Below, piece after piece: positions 1 to 21,897 of a stretch of 64,000 nucleotides of DNA; within the stretch, counting starts at the first letter, position 1, and each line of letters opens with the position of its first letter. Under the pieces are notes generated by a model. That model had not been told where the DNA came from, did no database searches, and saw nothing but the letters and a program-made list of their open reading frames with translations. A program made the position numbers and the translations under genes. Origin of the DNA: Antedon mediterranea (taxonomy: Eukaryota; Animalia; Echinodermata); the NCBI RefSeq assembly GCF_964355755.1, contig NC_092674.1, positions 31,682,001-31,746,000 on the forward strand, in the 5' to 3' direction.

Positions 1-342
1 GCCATCCTATATTTTCAATGGAAAGTCAGCCATTTCTCAATAGAATACCACCTGTAATAGTATTGTTGCAATGGCTAACTGTTTTGTATCATGATATTTC
101 TAAAAAGGAAGGGATAGTGATACCAATACAAAGGAAAGCAAATATGAACTACTATTAATAGATTATGTTCACTTAGTTCCTGCTCAGATTTCATACAGTA
201 CCATGTTTGATTTAAACAAAACAAACAAGGAATTAAATATTACTTTTTTCTCTTGCTGGTAAAAATAATACATTTGTTAATTGTCATAACGTGCAGAAAT
301 CATATTAAAGATTATGATTAATAATAATTTGTTTAATTTCAG

Positions 343-10708
<10,366 letters not shown>

Positions 10709-11000
10709 AATCAACCTCATTCTGTAAACTGGCCTACGTATTAAAAATAAGCAGGTTGCATTTTCACATGCTACTCAAGGCTACTCAAGTTACAACAAAT
10801 TAATTTTTACTTCATAATTATTCTTAGATACTATAATCACTATAATATCATGTTTTCCTAAATTCAGAAGATTTTCAATATGATGACATGCTAGAAAATG
10901 TTCAATTATTACAGATTACCCTAATTGTACTCAAGTGATTATCATGTAAAAATGCAACAACAACCAATCTAACTGTAAGAAACCAGTTAAAACCTGAAAT

Positions 11001-11187
11001 GATTCCATATGGATACCTAAAAAAAGACTGAAACTTTTAATAATCTACGATTCCATATGGATGCCTAAAAAAAGACTGAAACTTAATAATCTATGATTCC
11101 ATGGATACCTAAAAAAAGACTGAAACTTTTAATAATCTATGATTCCATATGGATACCTAAAAAAAGACTGAAACTTTTAATAATCTA
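11001..11187. repeat. ~48-bp tandem repeat (4 copies) in the CYFIP 3' UTR region
   Basis: Unit gattccatatggatacctaaaaaaagactgaaacttttaataatcta, with small indels between copies. Confidence 0.9.
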
Positions 11188-12130
11188 TTTAATCATCAAA
11201 TACAATGGTATCTTGATAGTTTTGGTACTGCATTTTTAAAAAACCCATGCAATAATTTTGTTGTGTTTTTGAGTATTTTAATCAATGTCAAATACAATTT
11301 GTATCAAATAGCACCATAAATAAAATTATAGTTTTACATTTTGTTTGATCAAATAACAGTATAGGCCTTATAGTTTGGTAATCACATCGTAAAGGACAGT
11401 GATGTGTTCTAATGAAATCTAGAAGTTTATTTATAGACTAACTTATTTTGTACTGATTTTTGTTTATGCATTTATCCTTTTACTTATAATTAATTTTAAC
11501 CCAAAATACTGTAAATAAAAGATTGAGGGTGATTTATAACTATTTGATATGTAGTACAGCGGAATAATCTGAAGAAATAAAATATTAATACTTGATTATT
11601 AGTTTTCACACTTTTCTACTATATTACTGAGTGCACATTGTACCCAGTAAATGATTTCAATTTGTATATATGCACTGCCTTGTTGTTTTTAGGCAGTTTT
11701 TGAGTAACTTATCCTGTTTTATTCTTTTAAATCCATAATATATGTACAATTATTTTCACTGGATGATCATATGTCCACCACTAAACCACATGTTGGTTCA
11801 GTATAATTCTAGGTAGCTCTCCATGTATCAGATTCTTTCCACCGATGACATTGTATGCTTAAAATACCTAAACAACACCAAGAATATTAAGAATAATAAT
11901 ATTACAGCAAAGAAAACTAGTAACCATCTTGTGTAGATCAATGGTGGAATTTATATTATTGATTAAAACAAATGTACAGATGAAACAAATAAACACTACT
12001 ACTTGTTTATGTATTTATTAAAATTCATTTGTTGTAAAGTCATACAGGTTAAAAACAAAATGTTCATAAATCTCAACACATTTACCACTTATTTCAAGTA
12101 AAGTAGTCACAGTTTATCCATACAAATATA

Positions 12131-15100
12131 TCATAAATCTGCAAAAAAATCATTATTTCTTGTTGTTTTTAACCGTTTTGTTTTGTCCGTTTTCTTAGCT
12201 TTCTGTTTTGTGCTGAATTCAATGTCTTCCAGATTGGAAATATTCCAGAATTTAATTTTTTGGTCGTGAGAACAGCTTGCTAATAAGTCGCCCTCATGTG
12301 ACACGTCCATTGATTCTATTGGAAACTCATCATGATCTCCGACCACTCCAAGAAAACGATTTGGTAATATGTTTACCGCCCTAAAGAGCAAACAAAATAC
12401 ATTTGGTAATATGTTTACTGCCCTAAAAAGCAAACAAAATACATTTTATACTGCATAGAAATGTCTTATTTTGACAGTGTTTCTATACATTTTAAAATAT
12501 TGTATATGCTTTTATTAGTATTATTGGGAAAAGCCACTTGACAGTGCAATTATTGAATGCTACCATAGGCACCTGTATTGGAAAAATAACAAAATAAAAA
12601 TCCGTATAAAATTGGCATTTGAACATACCTTATTGTTCCATCAACAGACCCAGTGCAAATAATATTTTCATTTATTTTTACACATGTGTCTACCGATTCT
12701 GGGTGGCCAGGAAATCTATCGCTAATATTGCCAAATTCATTCCAGTTGAATAAATTGAGAGCACCGTCTCCTGCACCACACACAACCTTTTTCCCTTTCT
12801 GAAACAAAGTATAAATTAAATAGTTATACAGTCAGGGGAAAACTTCACTTTGTAACATGAACACAGCCATTTTCCTCCTAACTGTATACTGTATAAAGTT
12901 ACACAATTTTTATTTCAGGCGAGGCTATACAAATACTAAATCGTAATTATAATAAAGACAATATACTATACTTTAATTATTGACACAGTCATCATTTCAT
13001 CTTAAATCGTAATTATAACTAGACATGAAACTCGTCACTTTGACGAGTTAGTTATCCGCACGACAGATGCCACGTGCACGAAAATACAGGACCACCTCTT
13101 ATTATAGTTTTTAACGTATTATAATTATACAGTACACTGTGTATAAAAGGAGACATTAATTCTACATGATACAGAGGGCGGCAAACAACAATTTGCTCAC
13201 ATCAGAGACTATGCTGGTGTACATTGTACTACTGTATATTATATGACATATTAACTGAATTATGGAACCTGCCTTTAATTCAAATATTTAACATGACGTC
13301 ATAAAAAAAACAACACAACGATAGCAATTTCTGAAGAAAATTATCTTAGCAACAACATATTAACGTGTAGAAGAAATTTGAATACGTAAAATGTTGGTGC
13401 GCGCACATTTAAATGTGATGAACTATTACGCAAAATATGAAAATACGACTTTTTTTATTCAACTGGCAATATGATGACGTCACAACATCCGATTGGCAAA
13501 ATGTTTACATGAATTCGTATCTACAATCCTATAGCTTCCAGAAAATGTTTTAATCGTGATTATCACATTTTATTCTTACGAGCTATTACAGATTAAAATT
13601 TACTGTAAAGATGAAATTAATGACCCACGTAATTAAAATTTTTAGGCATGATGACGTTATAAAAATTTTAATATTTTTATCTCATGCTAAAGAAAGTTGA
13701 TTGACCTAGACAATATATAAATATAGGAGAAAAAGGAATACAGATAAGCGTGATGCGCTCCATTGAATGTGATGAGCAATAACGAAACAGACAAAAATCC
13801 TATATTTTACATTCGTGTGGCCATACGATTACGTCACAATGTTTTTTTAGCCTTATTGATGCATGATCCGACATCTGCAACTCATCAACTTCTAGATTTT
13901 GTAATAAAAATAAACGGTTCACGGTTTACTTTAGAAACTATGACTGTTTAAAAAAAGACATTATTTTGATGATTTTTTAAGCTTTTTCATAAAAAACGCG
14001 CACAAATTGTCTAATTCAACGTGTTCGTATGGCGTTATTTAAACTGGAAAAGTTCTAAATTGTTTTCAAAATTACTAGGAAAGGCTTGAAAAATATAATT
14101 CAAGAGAAAAAAATATGTTTTTTCGCTATGTGCGCACCGCGTGCGTAAAAAATTGCGCGCCCGTGGGAATTTTTGACATGCTCAAAATGACATGAAACGC
14201 GTAAAAAGTTGATTAGAAATTAATTTTGCGCATTTTGAAATTTTAAATGCGCGTGTGCGCGTAACTTCTTGTGAAACATGCCATTTTTAATCCGTAGAAA
14301 GTTTGCCCCTGATATGACTTAAATTTTGTCAAAGTGTCAATACTAAATGACTTTTGGTTTTTAATCTATGATCAATCATTGAAATTCATAAAATTGCGCG
14401 TAAGTCACGTTGCGCAACTATGACGTCATTCAAAAATAGGAGGTGCACAACTTCACGTAAATGCCCATATGTTGTCAAAGTTATGAAATGTTATGTTTAC
14501 ACATTTTAGAGAAACGCGACTCACAAAAAGGAAGGAAGGAAAGAAGAACTAGACATGAAACTCGTCACTTTGACGAGTTAGTTATCCGCACGACAAACGC
14601 CACGTGCACGTCATACGTTGGAATATTGCACACAGAAAAAGATTATGGCATTATGACCTGAACTGAAGAATATCATATCTTGTTAGTGCTGAATTCTGTC
14701 TATTTTGTGTCATATAGTATATACAGTATAATCTGTATACATATTACATACAGTGTAGAATAGGTGAAATTATGGGACGCACCGTTTATTCCAATTTTTA
14801 ACATGGTGACGGTATTAAAATTAAACACTAAGATAGCAATTTCGGAAGGACATTATCTCACCAACAACATATTAACGTGTAGAAGAAATTTGAATACGTA
14901 GAATATGGATGCGTGCTCGTTTAAATGTGATGAACTATGACGCAAAATATGAAAATACGACTTATTTTATTCAACTGGCCATATGATGACTTCACAACAT
15001 CCGATTGGCAAAATGTTCACATTAATTCGTATCTACAGTCCAATAGCTTCCAGAAAACGTTTTAATCATAATTATCACTTTTTATTCTTACGAGCAATAA

Positions 15101-18100
15101 CAGATTAAAATTTACTGTAAAGATGAAATTAATGACCCTGTTAATTATAATTTTTAGGCATGATGACGTCATAAAAATTAAAATATTTTTAACTCATGCG
15201 TAAGATAGTTGATTGACCTAGGCAATATTAAAATCTTGGAAAAAAAAGAATACAGAGAGGCGTGATGCGCTCCATTGAATATGATGAGCAATAACGAAAG
15301 AGAAAAAAATCCTATATTTTACATTCGTGTGGCCATACGATGACGTCACAATGTCCGGTTAGCCATATTGATTCATGATCCGATATCTACAACTCATCAA
15401 CTTCTAGAATATGTAATTAAAAAAAAGTTCTCCATGTAGTTTAGAATCTATGACTGTTTAAAAAAAGGCTTAATTTTGACAAATTTTTAAACTTTTTCAT
15501 CAAAAACGCACGTAAATTATCCAATTCAACGTGCCCGTATGACGTAGTTTTAAGTCGAAATTGTTTAAAAGTTGGTAAAATTACTAGAAAAGGCTGAAAA
15601 AACATAAATCACGCAAAAAAAAATGTTTTCAACGCTACGTTCGCACCATGCGCGTAAAAAAATGCGCGTGCGTGGGAATTTTTTACATGCTCAAAATGAC
15701 ATGAAACGCGTAGAAAGTTGATTAGAAATTGATTTTTCGCATTTCGAAATTTTTAAACGCGCGTGCGCGCGTAACTTCGTGTGAAACATGCCATTTTTTT
15801 TCCACAGTCAGCTAGCGCAAGATATAAATTAAACTTTTGTTAAGTTTCAATTTACGTTGTTATATGGTTTTCGATATATGTTAAAAACGTGAAATTCATA
15901 AAAACACGCGTAAGTTACGTTGCGCATTTCTGACGTTATTCACAATAGCAGGTGCACAACTTCATGTGAATGCCCACATGTTGACAAAGTTATAAAATGT
16001 TATGTTTACACGTTTTTGAGATACGTGTGACACAAAAATGACAGAAAGAAAGAAGAATACAGAAAAAAAAGATGATGAAACAGGACAGTTACAAGGAGTT
16101 ATCCGCTGAATGCGGATAACTAATAATACAGAAAAAAAATGTTGATCTCATACAATAACAAGGAGTTATCCGCTTGGTATACCAAGCGGATAACTAATAA
16201 ACACAATATACTTTAATTATTGACACAGTCATCATTTCATCTTCCATATTTTCAGACTGCATATCAAATCTCCTCCTGCGAACATTAAATGCTGATAAGG
16301 TTCCATCACCACTGAAACAAATGAAACAATGTTTACTTTTTGACTCAAATATTTAAAATTTAAGTTTTAATTTGTTTAATTAGTTAACATTTTCAGGGGC
16401 GCAGCCAGTGGGGGGGGTCCTGACCCCCCCTTTTTTTTAGAAAAAATAAATAAAAACATGAGACATCAATACAGATCAAATCATCCTGGAGATACTGTGG
16501 AAGATTACTACCGAGCACTATTACCAAATCAACTTCTTGATCATTTACAAACCGAGTTAAAAACCCGTTTTTCTTCCGATAACAGGTCATGCTTTAAAAT
16601 ATTTGGCGTAGCACCCGAGTCTATCGTGAAGTGTAATGTTGAAGAAGTCTTCAAGGAACTTGAATTTGGTGCGATGATCTGCCAAGACACGAACATCTTC
16701 ATTCCGAGCTTCAGTGATGGAAGAAGCGACTGTGTAAAATTAGCGGATCCAGATGTGTTCCCGAATGTGCGTTCACTTCTTCTAATCGCGTAGGCCAATT
16801 CCCGTAACGTCTGCTGAGCGGAGTTTTTCGACTTTGTGGAGAACGAAAACCTGTTTGCGAAATCACATGTCTTATGAGCAGCTTTCGGGATTGTGCCTCA
16901 TGAACATACACTTTAACATGAACATTAATACAGAGAATGTCATTCGCGAATTCTGTCTCCAAGCCGAGAAGAATGTTCCAAACTTATGTTTAAAGATGCA
17001 TCACGCGATGTCTAGAGCGCCGTTATAGTAACTAACGTAAAATGTATGATAATAATTTAGAAGTTAGTTATTACAATTATGTATAAGCTATCACCTATAC
17101 TATACATTCGAACAAAATAGGTATATTTTTAAACAAAATATTGTATGTACTGGGTATGATAAAAGCGTCTCACATACACACGGAGCCAAGATAGCTTCTT
17201 GGACTTGCACAGTGTATGAACTCTAACCTTACGGTTCTCATTTAATAATATCACTCCATGCTATCATTCTAATTTCTTTTTTCAAACTTTTGCAACTCTG
17301 CGTTCATTTCATGCAACTTTTGTATTGGTGAAAAAGGAGGAATTCAAATGATTCCTCCTCTGAGTTTACAGCCTCTCTACACAAATCAACAAACAAGCAA
17401 GAAAAAAAGTGTTTGTCTGTGGCAGCCTGGAATATAAAAATGTTCTGTAATGAAAATGAGAGTTGTTTTTGTTTTCTTTGTTTCAGTTTATTAGTGTTAA
17501 CATTGTCATATTTGTGTGTGCGTAAACCGATTCAAATGATCTAGATTGCGCTAGACCGCCAAAGCTTCCAGGGGGCGAAGCCCCCTGGACCCCAACCGGG
17601 GGCCCTTGGCGGCCCCCCTGGCCCCCAGCCCATGGTTGCTCGCTTCGCTCGCAAAATACTCGCATATTGGTTGACCCCCCCATTAATTCTTTGCTGGCTG
17701 CGCCCCTGATTTTGTAGTGCTGTACCTTGTTGCCAAGAGAATGCGGTTGTCATTGTCTGTTGCCATGTCACTAATGTAATCCTCATTTTGTTTAAAAGTA
17801 ATTATTGACTGTTGCTTCCTTGTATCCCACATCTAAAATGAAATGTATTTCTAATAAAGTAGGTATGGTATGTGGTTTAAAAAAATTATATTTGAAGGGA
17901 TTACTTGATTGTTATAAATGGGTGTTTATTTAGAGTATTGTGAGATTACTGAATATAGTATAGACAACAAACCTGTACAACACCATTATCATCCCCAGTA
18001 GCTAATGTATTCTCATTCACCACTAATACACTGTATATTGCACTGTCATGAGCTTTTAACATTTTAAACCCAATAGTTTCACTTTCCACATCAACAACTC

Positions 18101-20656
18101 TGATACTCTTGTCTTTGGATACGGTATACAGGACTGAAAGAAAGAAGTGTATTTATACATTATATCTGAGGTTATGTCCGATTATATGAAGGGAGCAGTC
18201 TTGTGACTCACTAAAATACAATTGCTAATATAACCATGAACGACGTACATGATATGTAGAGGTATTATTTCTGCTGAATTACAAATATATATCATTTCTT
18301 ACATTTTCCATCCTCTGAAAATGATATAGCCCTGCAGGACTTTTTGTGCACATCTATCTGAAGGAGGTCTTTAGGTTTACTTTCATCTTCTAAAATTGAG
18401 TATCTGTGTATAAAACCATCATACAAAATGCAATGTACAAAAAAAATCATAACAAAGTCAACACCTCAAGTAAAGAAGATATTTAAAACAAAATTACATT
18501 GCACGCAAGAGATTGTAAGATTTTGTAATTTGTATCAACTGTGAAAGGATATTTATTTATTTACCTCCGCCAAGGAGGTATATGTAATCGGTAGCGTGTG
18601 TTTGTTTGTTTGTTTGTTAGCAGGATTACTCAATCAAAAAGTAATTACAAGATCTTTACCAAAATGAATAGACAGATAGATATGTGGTCAAGGACCATTC
18701 CATTATATTTTGGGACCACAGCCCCAATTCTGGACCACTTTTTTGTATACTTGTTTAGACCTGCTAGTGTTAAAAGATAGGACAGAATTTTTCAAAAGCC
18801 GGCGAGCAGTCTTAAAGTAACAAGTAAACTGAAATTGCATTTTCTCGAGAACTACTTGTCCAAAAACCTTCATTTTTGAACAAGAGGCAAGAGTTATAAT
18901 TTGTGATTTGTAATTTTAAAACATAATTTGATTTAATGTGCACGTTTTTTGATGCGAGTAGTTTAAAAACCTATTTCTTTTCAAATTCACTCGTTTGATT
19001 TTCGCGTTGCTGTTCTATTGTTAGTCAACTGAAGCTATTGTTAATTGAAAGGCTTGTTACATAACCATTACACCAAACTCGCATACACATGCTTGTAATG
19101 AAATTAGCCTAAATCACAAACAGCATTAAGACACACACAAATATATATATATATATTTTTTACCAGAGAAATTTTATGTAGGAGAATTTTACATAAGGCG
19201 GAGGTATGCCCTCTCGGAGTGGCTTTCTAGTTCACAATATTTTACATACCAGGCGGCCAATCTGTCAAAAGAATGGTCACCTATGGGCCTGTCACGATAA
19301 ATATGGTCCGGGGCCAAAATCGGTCCGGACGGACCAGTTTTGGCTCTAAAATTGTGGCCAAAAGCAGTCCGCCACTGCCAAAATCGGTCCGGGCTTTTCT
19401 TCTGTCGATTTTAATTGAATTACTAGGCCTATGATGTTTATGGCTAGAAAAATATCCCATGATATATATTAGCATGGAGAAATATTTTCCATGATATTAG
19501 TAAGTTATCTTGTCGGATAAATACTATAAATAAATGTATTTTATCTAAAAACATGACTTAGGTGTTCACTCATATTTCGGCCTGCCACACACTCACACGA
19601 ACGGGTATGAGACGCTGATATTGCCAGCTAGATTTTATTTATGATTGAGGCCTTTTTCCTTCCTCAGCCTAATCAATATTGGATAATTGTTTTATAATAA
19701 TTGTATTGAATTGATATATTGATTGATTAACCATAAATAAATAATTAATAAATTAAATTGTTTTTAATATCATGGGGAAACGAAGATGTTAAAAAGAACA
19801 AAATGGATTAAAAACAGGCAGAGATACATATTGTATACAAAAAGCCTAACAATTAGTACTAATTGTTGATGAGTTACTACTAATAATGATAATAAAAAAA
19901 ACAGGCTTAATTTATAATATTAAAATAACAAATAAAACCTCGTAGTTTTCAATATAATGACTAATCATGGCCTTTTTTTTAATGATATATACATTATGAC
20001 TCATTTTGCGCACCATATATTTGTAAGACCGGACCATATACGGCGGTCAAAAACAGTCCTACTGCCTGGACCGATTTTATCCAGGCAGGCCGGATCAGTT
20101 TTGGCGGCCAAAATTGGTCCGGCCGGATAGGTTTTGGCAGCCATAAATGGTCCCACGGACTGATTTTGGCAGCCAAAACTGGTCCGCCGGATCGATTTTG
20201 GCCCGGACTGATTTTGGTGTGACAGGCCCTAGGTGGAAAAAATATACATGTATTATTTTATTATAAATTTAAATGCTTACAATTTTACAGATCCATCAAT
20301 GTGTGCAGCAGCAAGTATTTTTTTACTTGGATGAAATGCGAGGTTTAGAACAAGTTCATGTGATTCAATTGCTTTCGGTACAGCACTTTCAATCTACAAA
20401 ACAAATACACTGTAAACAGTAACGTTAGTTATTATACATGATCACTTCCTGCCATATATGACCAAGAGGGGGAAATGCATTATATTCTGTCGACAAGGTA
20501 CAACAGAAACAGGGACATAGGCTGCCTACTAGGCCCTAGCTTCTACTACTAAGTAGACCTAGCCTAGACCTTTACACATAGTCAACATCAACATAAAAGT
20601 TAAATAAATTATGCCTCTTGTTCATTGACGTCTTGCTCTTCCTCGGATGAAGACAT
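12131..20656 (-). CDS. WDR55: WD repeat-containing protein 55
   Basis: Minus-strand exons 20656-20615 (donor uncertain), 20393-20281, 18403-18303, 18133-17973, 17832-17726, 16311-16212, 12798-12629, 12380-12131. Motifs LAFHP, HKKSCRAISFSEDG, TVSKDKSI, LATGDDNG, SGDGTLSAFNVRRRRF, LFNWNEFGNISDRFPGH, RAVNILPNR, LASCSHDQKIKFW, NDFFADL*. Confidence 0.95.
12359..12445 (-). repeat. 42-bp duplication spanning the last WDR55 acceptor
   Basis: Two copies on the minus strand of gtattttgtttgct(t/c)tttag|ggc(a/g)gtaaacatattaccaaat. Confidence 0.92.
13019..16197 (-). mobile_element. Non-autonomous Helentron/DINE-1-like element (outer copy A) in WDR55 intron 6
   Basis: On the minus strand: 5' palindrome agttatccgcttggtataccaagcggataact, CT-rich microsatellite, 3' sub-terminal repeat gcggataact, hairpin aactcgtca-aag-tgacgagtt and terminal CTAG followed by TT. 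No TSD. Confidence 0.75.
14549..16123 (-). mobile_element. Second, diverged copy (B) of the same element nested in the microsatellite of copy A
   Basis: Begins with the same ctagacatgaaactcgtcactttgacgagttagttatccgc and ends agttatccgctgaatgcggataactaa. The body 14830-16060 is collinear with 13320-14545. Confidence 0.78.
16394..17708 (+). mobile_element. Internally deleted hAT transposon with degenerate transposase C-terminus (THAP12/ZMYM1-like clade)
   Basis: 15-bp TIRs caggggcgcagccag / ctggctgcgcccctg. Broken ORF ...EDYYR..LLDHLQTELKTRFS...FPNVRSLL..PVTSAERSFSTLWRTKTCLRNHMSYEQLSGLCLMNIH matches the hAT dimerisation domain. Both flanks read atttt. Confidence 0.88.
18557..19230 (+). mobile_element. 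Non-autonomous Helentron/DINE-1-like element of a different family
   Basis: 5' tacctccgccaaggaggta sub-TIR plus inverted repeat, (gttt)n microsatellite, 3' ggcggaggta, hairpin gccctctcggagtggc, terminal ttctag|tt. Confidence 0.8.
19285..20229. mobile_element. Non-autonomous DNA transposon with GGGCC...GGCCC termini and subterminal repeats
   Basis: TIRs gggcctgtcac / gtgacaggccc; many ggtccgg and ccaaaat subterminal motifs at both ends; flanks tat / tag. Confidence 0.7.
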
Positions 20657-21580
20657 CCCGTTAAGTTTTAATGTATTTTATAAACAAAGATTGCGTAATA
20701 ATAATATTAATAGTCAGTATCAACAAACGATCAATTCTCAACATGTGTAGTGTGCTTACGAAATACGACGAAAACTAGAAGCTTCGTACGTAATCAACAC
20801 CCGCCCTCAATGTTTGGACGGATAATACACTCACAACGCTTACTTTTTTTTTTTTTTTTTAGGTTCACACCCGTGCCGGGCTTCGAGATAGGCTTCGTTT
20901 CGAGATTATTTAATGCTGTAAATTTTGTGAATTACAAATTATCATAATTATGATTTTTGAGACATTTCCTAATAAGACGCAGAAAAGATGGTAACAAGAT
21001 GAAATCACAGTAGAAAATTGGAAAACAATTGTAGAATAGTAAAATAAGGTCATGATTATTATACCGTAGGATAACAACACGATATCAATACTGTACATTT
21101 CATTTGAAATCATTTTGAAATACATTTTATCTCGAAAAGAAGTTTAAATAAAAAATATTTGGCCCGGGAATAAGCTAAATCAACTGCAGAAGATAAAAAT
21201 GAATCATATATACATCCTCGACAAAATAGTTATGTATAATAATTAATACGGTACCCGATAGAGCCAGCTTTATGACTAAATAGAGTATTTTAGACTATAT
21301 TTTATGTCACACAAAATGTTTACGGTACTACTGATTGTTAAACTAAAATAATTGAGAATAAATCATTTTTTATTAATTATTAAATAGAATATCAATAAAT
21401 AAATTTGTTGAGTAATAGACAACAACAACATATTATTATTAAAAGTGTTTTGTATAGGCATATTTTTTTAATATTTTTTTTTTGTAGTGGTGTTGTGGGT
21501 TTGAAATTTTAAATATATTGTCTAAAAAATGATATTATACAATTCAGAAACCGCCAAAAATAAATACAAAAAGTATTGCT

Positions 21581-21652
21581 TTCCCGTGCCGGGAATCGAA
21601 CCCGGGCCGCGTGGGTGAAAACCACGAATCCTAACCACTAGACCACACGGGA
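21581..21652 (-). tRNA. tRNA-Glu (anticodon TTC)
   Basis: TCCCGTGTGGTCTAGTGGTTAGGATTCGTGGTTTTCACCCACGCGGCCCGGGTTCGATTCCCGGCACGGGAA: 72 nt, intact cloverleaf stems, A and B boxes, and a downstream T5 Pol III terminator at ~21568-21572. Confidence 0.97.
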
Positions 21653-21843
21653 GTGACATGAATAAAACTGTTTAATATTTCAATATAAATGTTAGTCACC
21701 ATTTTGACTATTATTTTATCGATTTCAATTATTGTATATGTAATAATATTTGTTTTAATTAATCATTTTCACGTTTTTTTCCTTCTTATAGCCTATTAAT
21801 CACGTCGCATTCAAAAACAGCCAGCTAGAATGATGATTCACTG

Positions 21844-21860
21844 AAAGCAGAGGGCGCTAG
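21844..21860 (+). promoter_or_regulatory. Possible CTCF-type motif between the tRNA and the AGA start
   Basis: aaagcagagggcgctag resembles the CTCF core (CAGRGGGCGC); this is a single motif match only. Confidence 0.3.
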
Positions 21861-21897
21861 TATTATATTCCAGTTGTCACCTGATCACAACAGAAAC

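Noticed and set aside
17483-17786. GC-rich minus-strand ORFs
   Set aside because: They fall in the subterminal region of the hAT element and partly overlap a WDR55 exon in another frame.
20862-20905. tRNA-like fragment cccgtgccgggcttcga
   Set aside because: Only a short match to the tRNA-Glu 3' end; no cloverleaf can be built.
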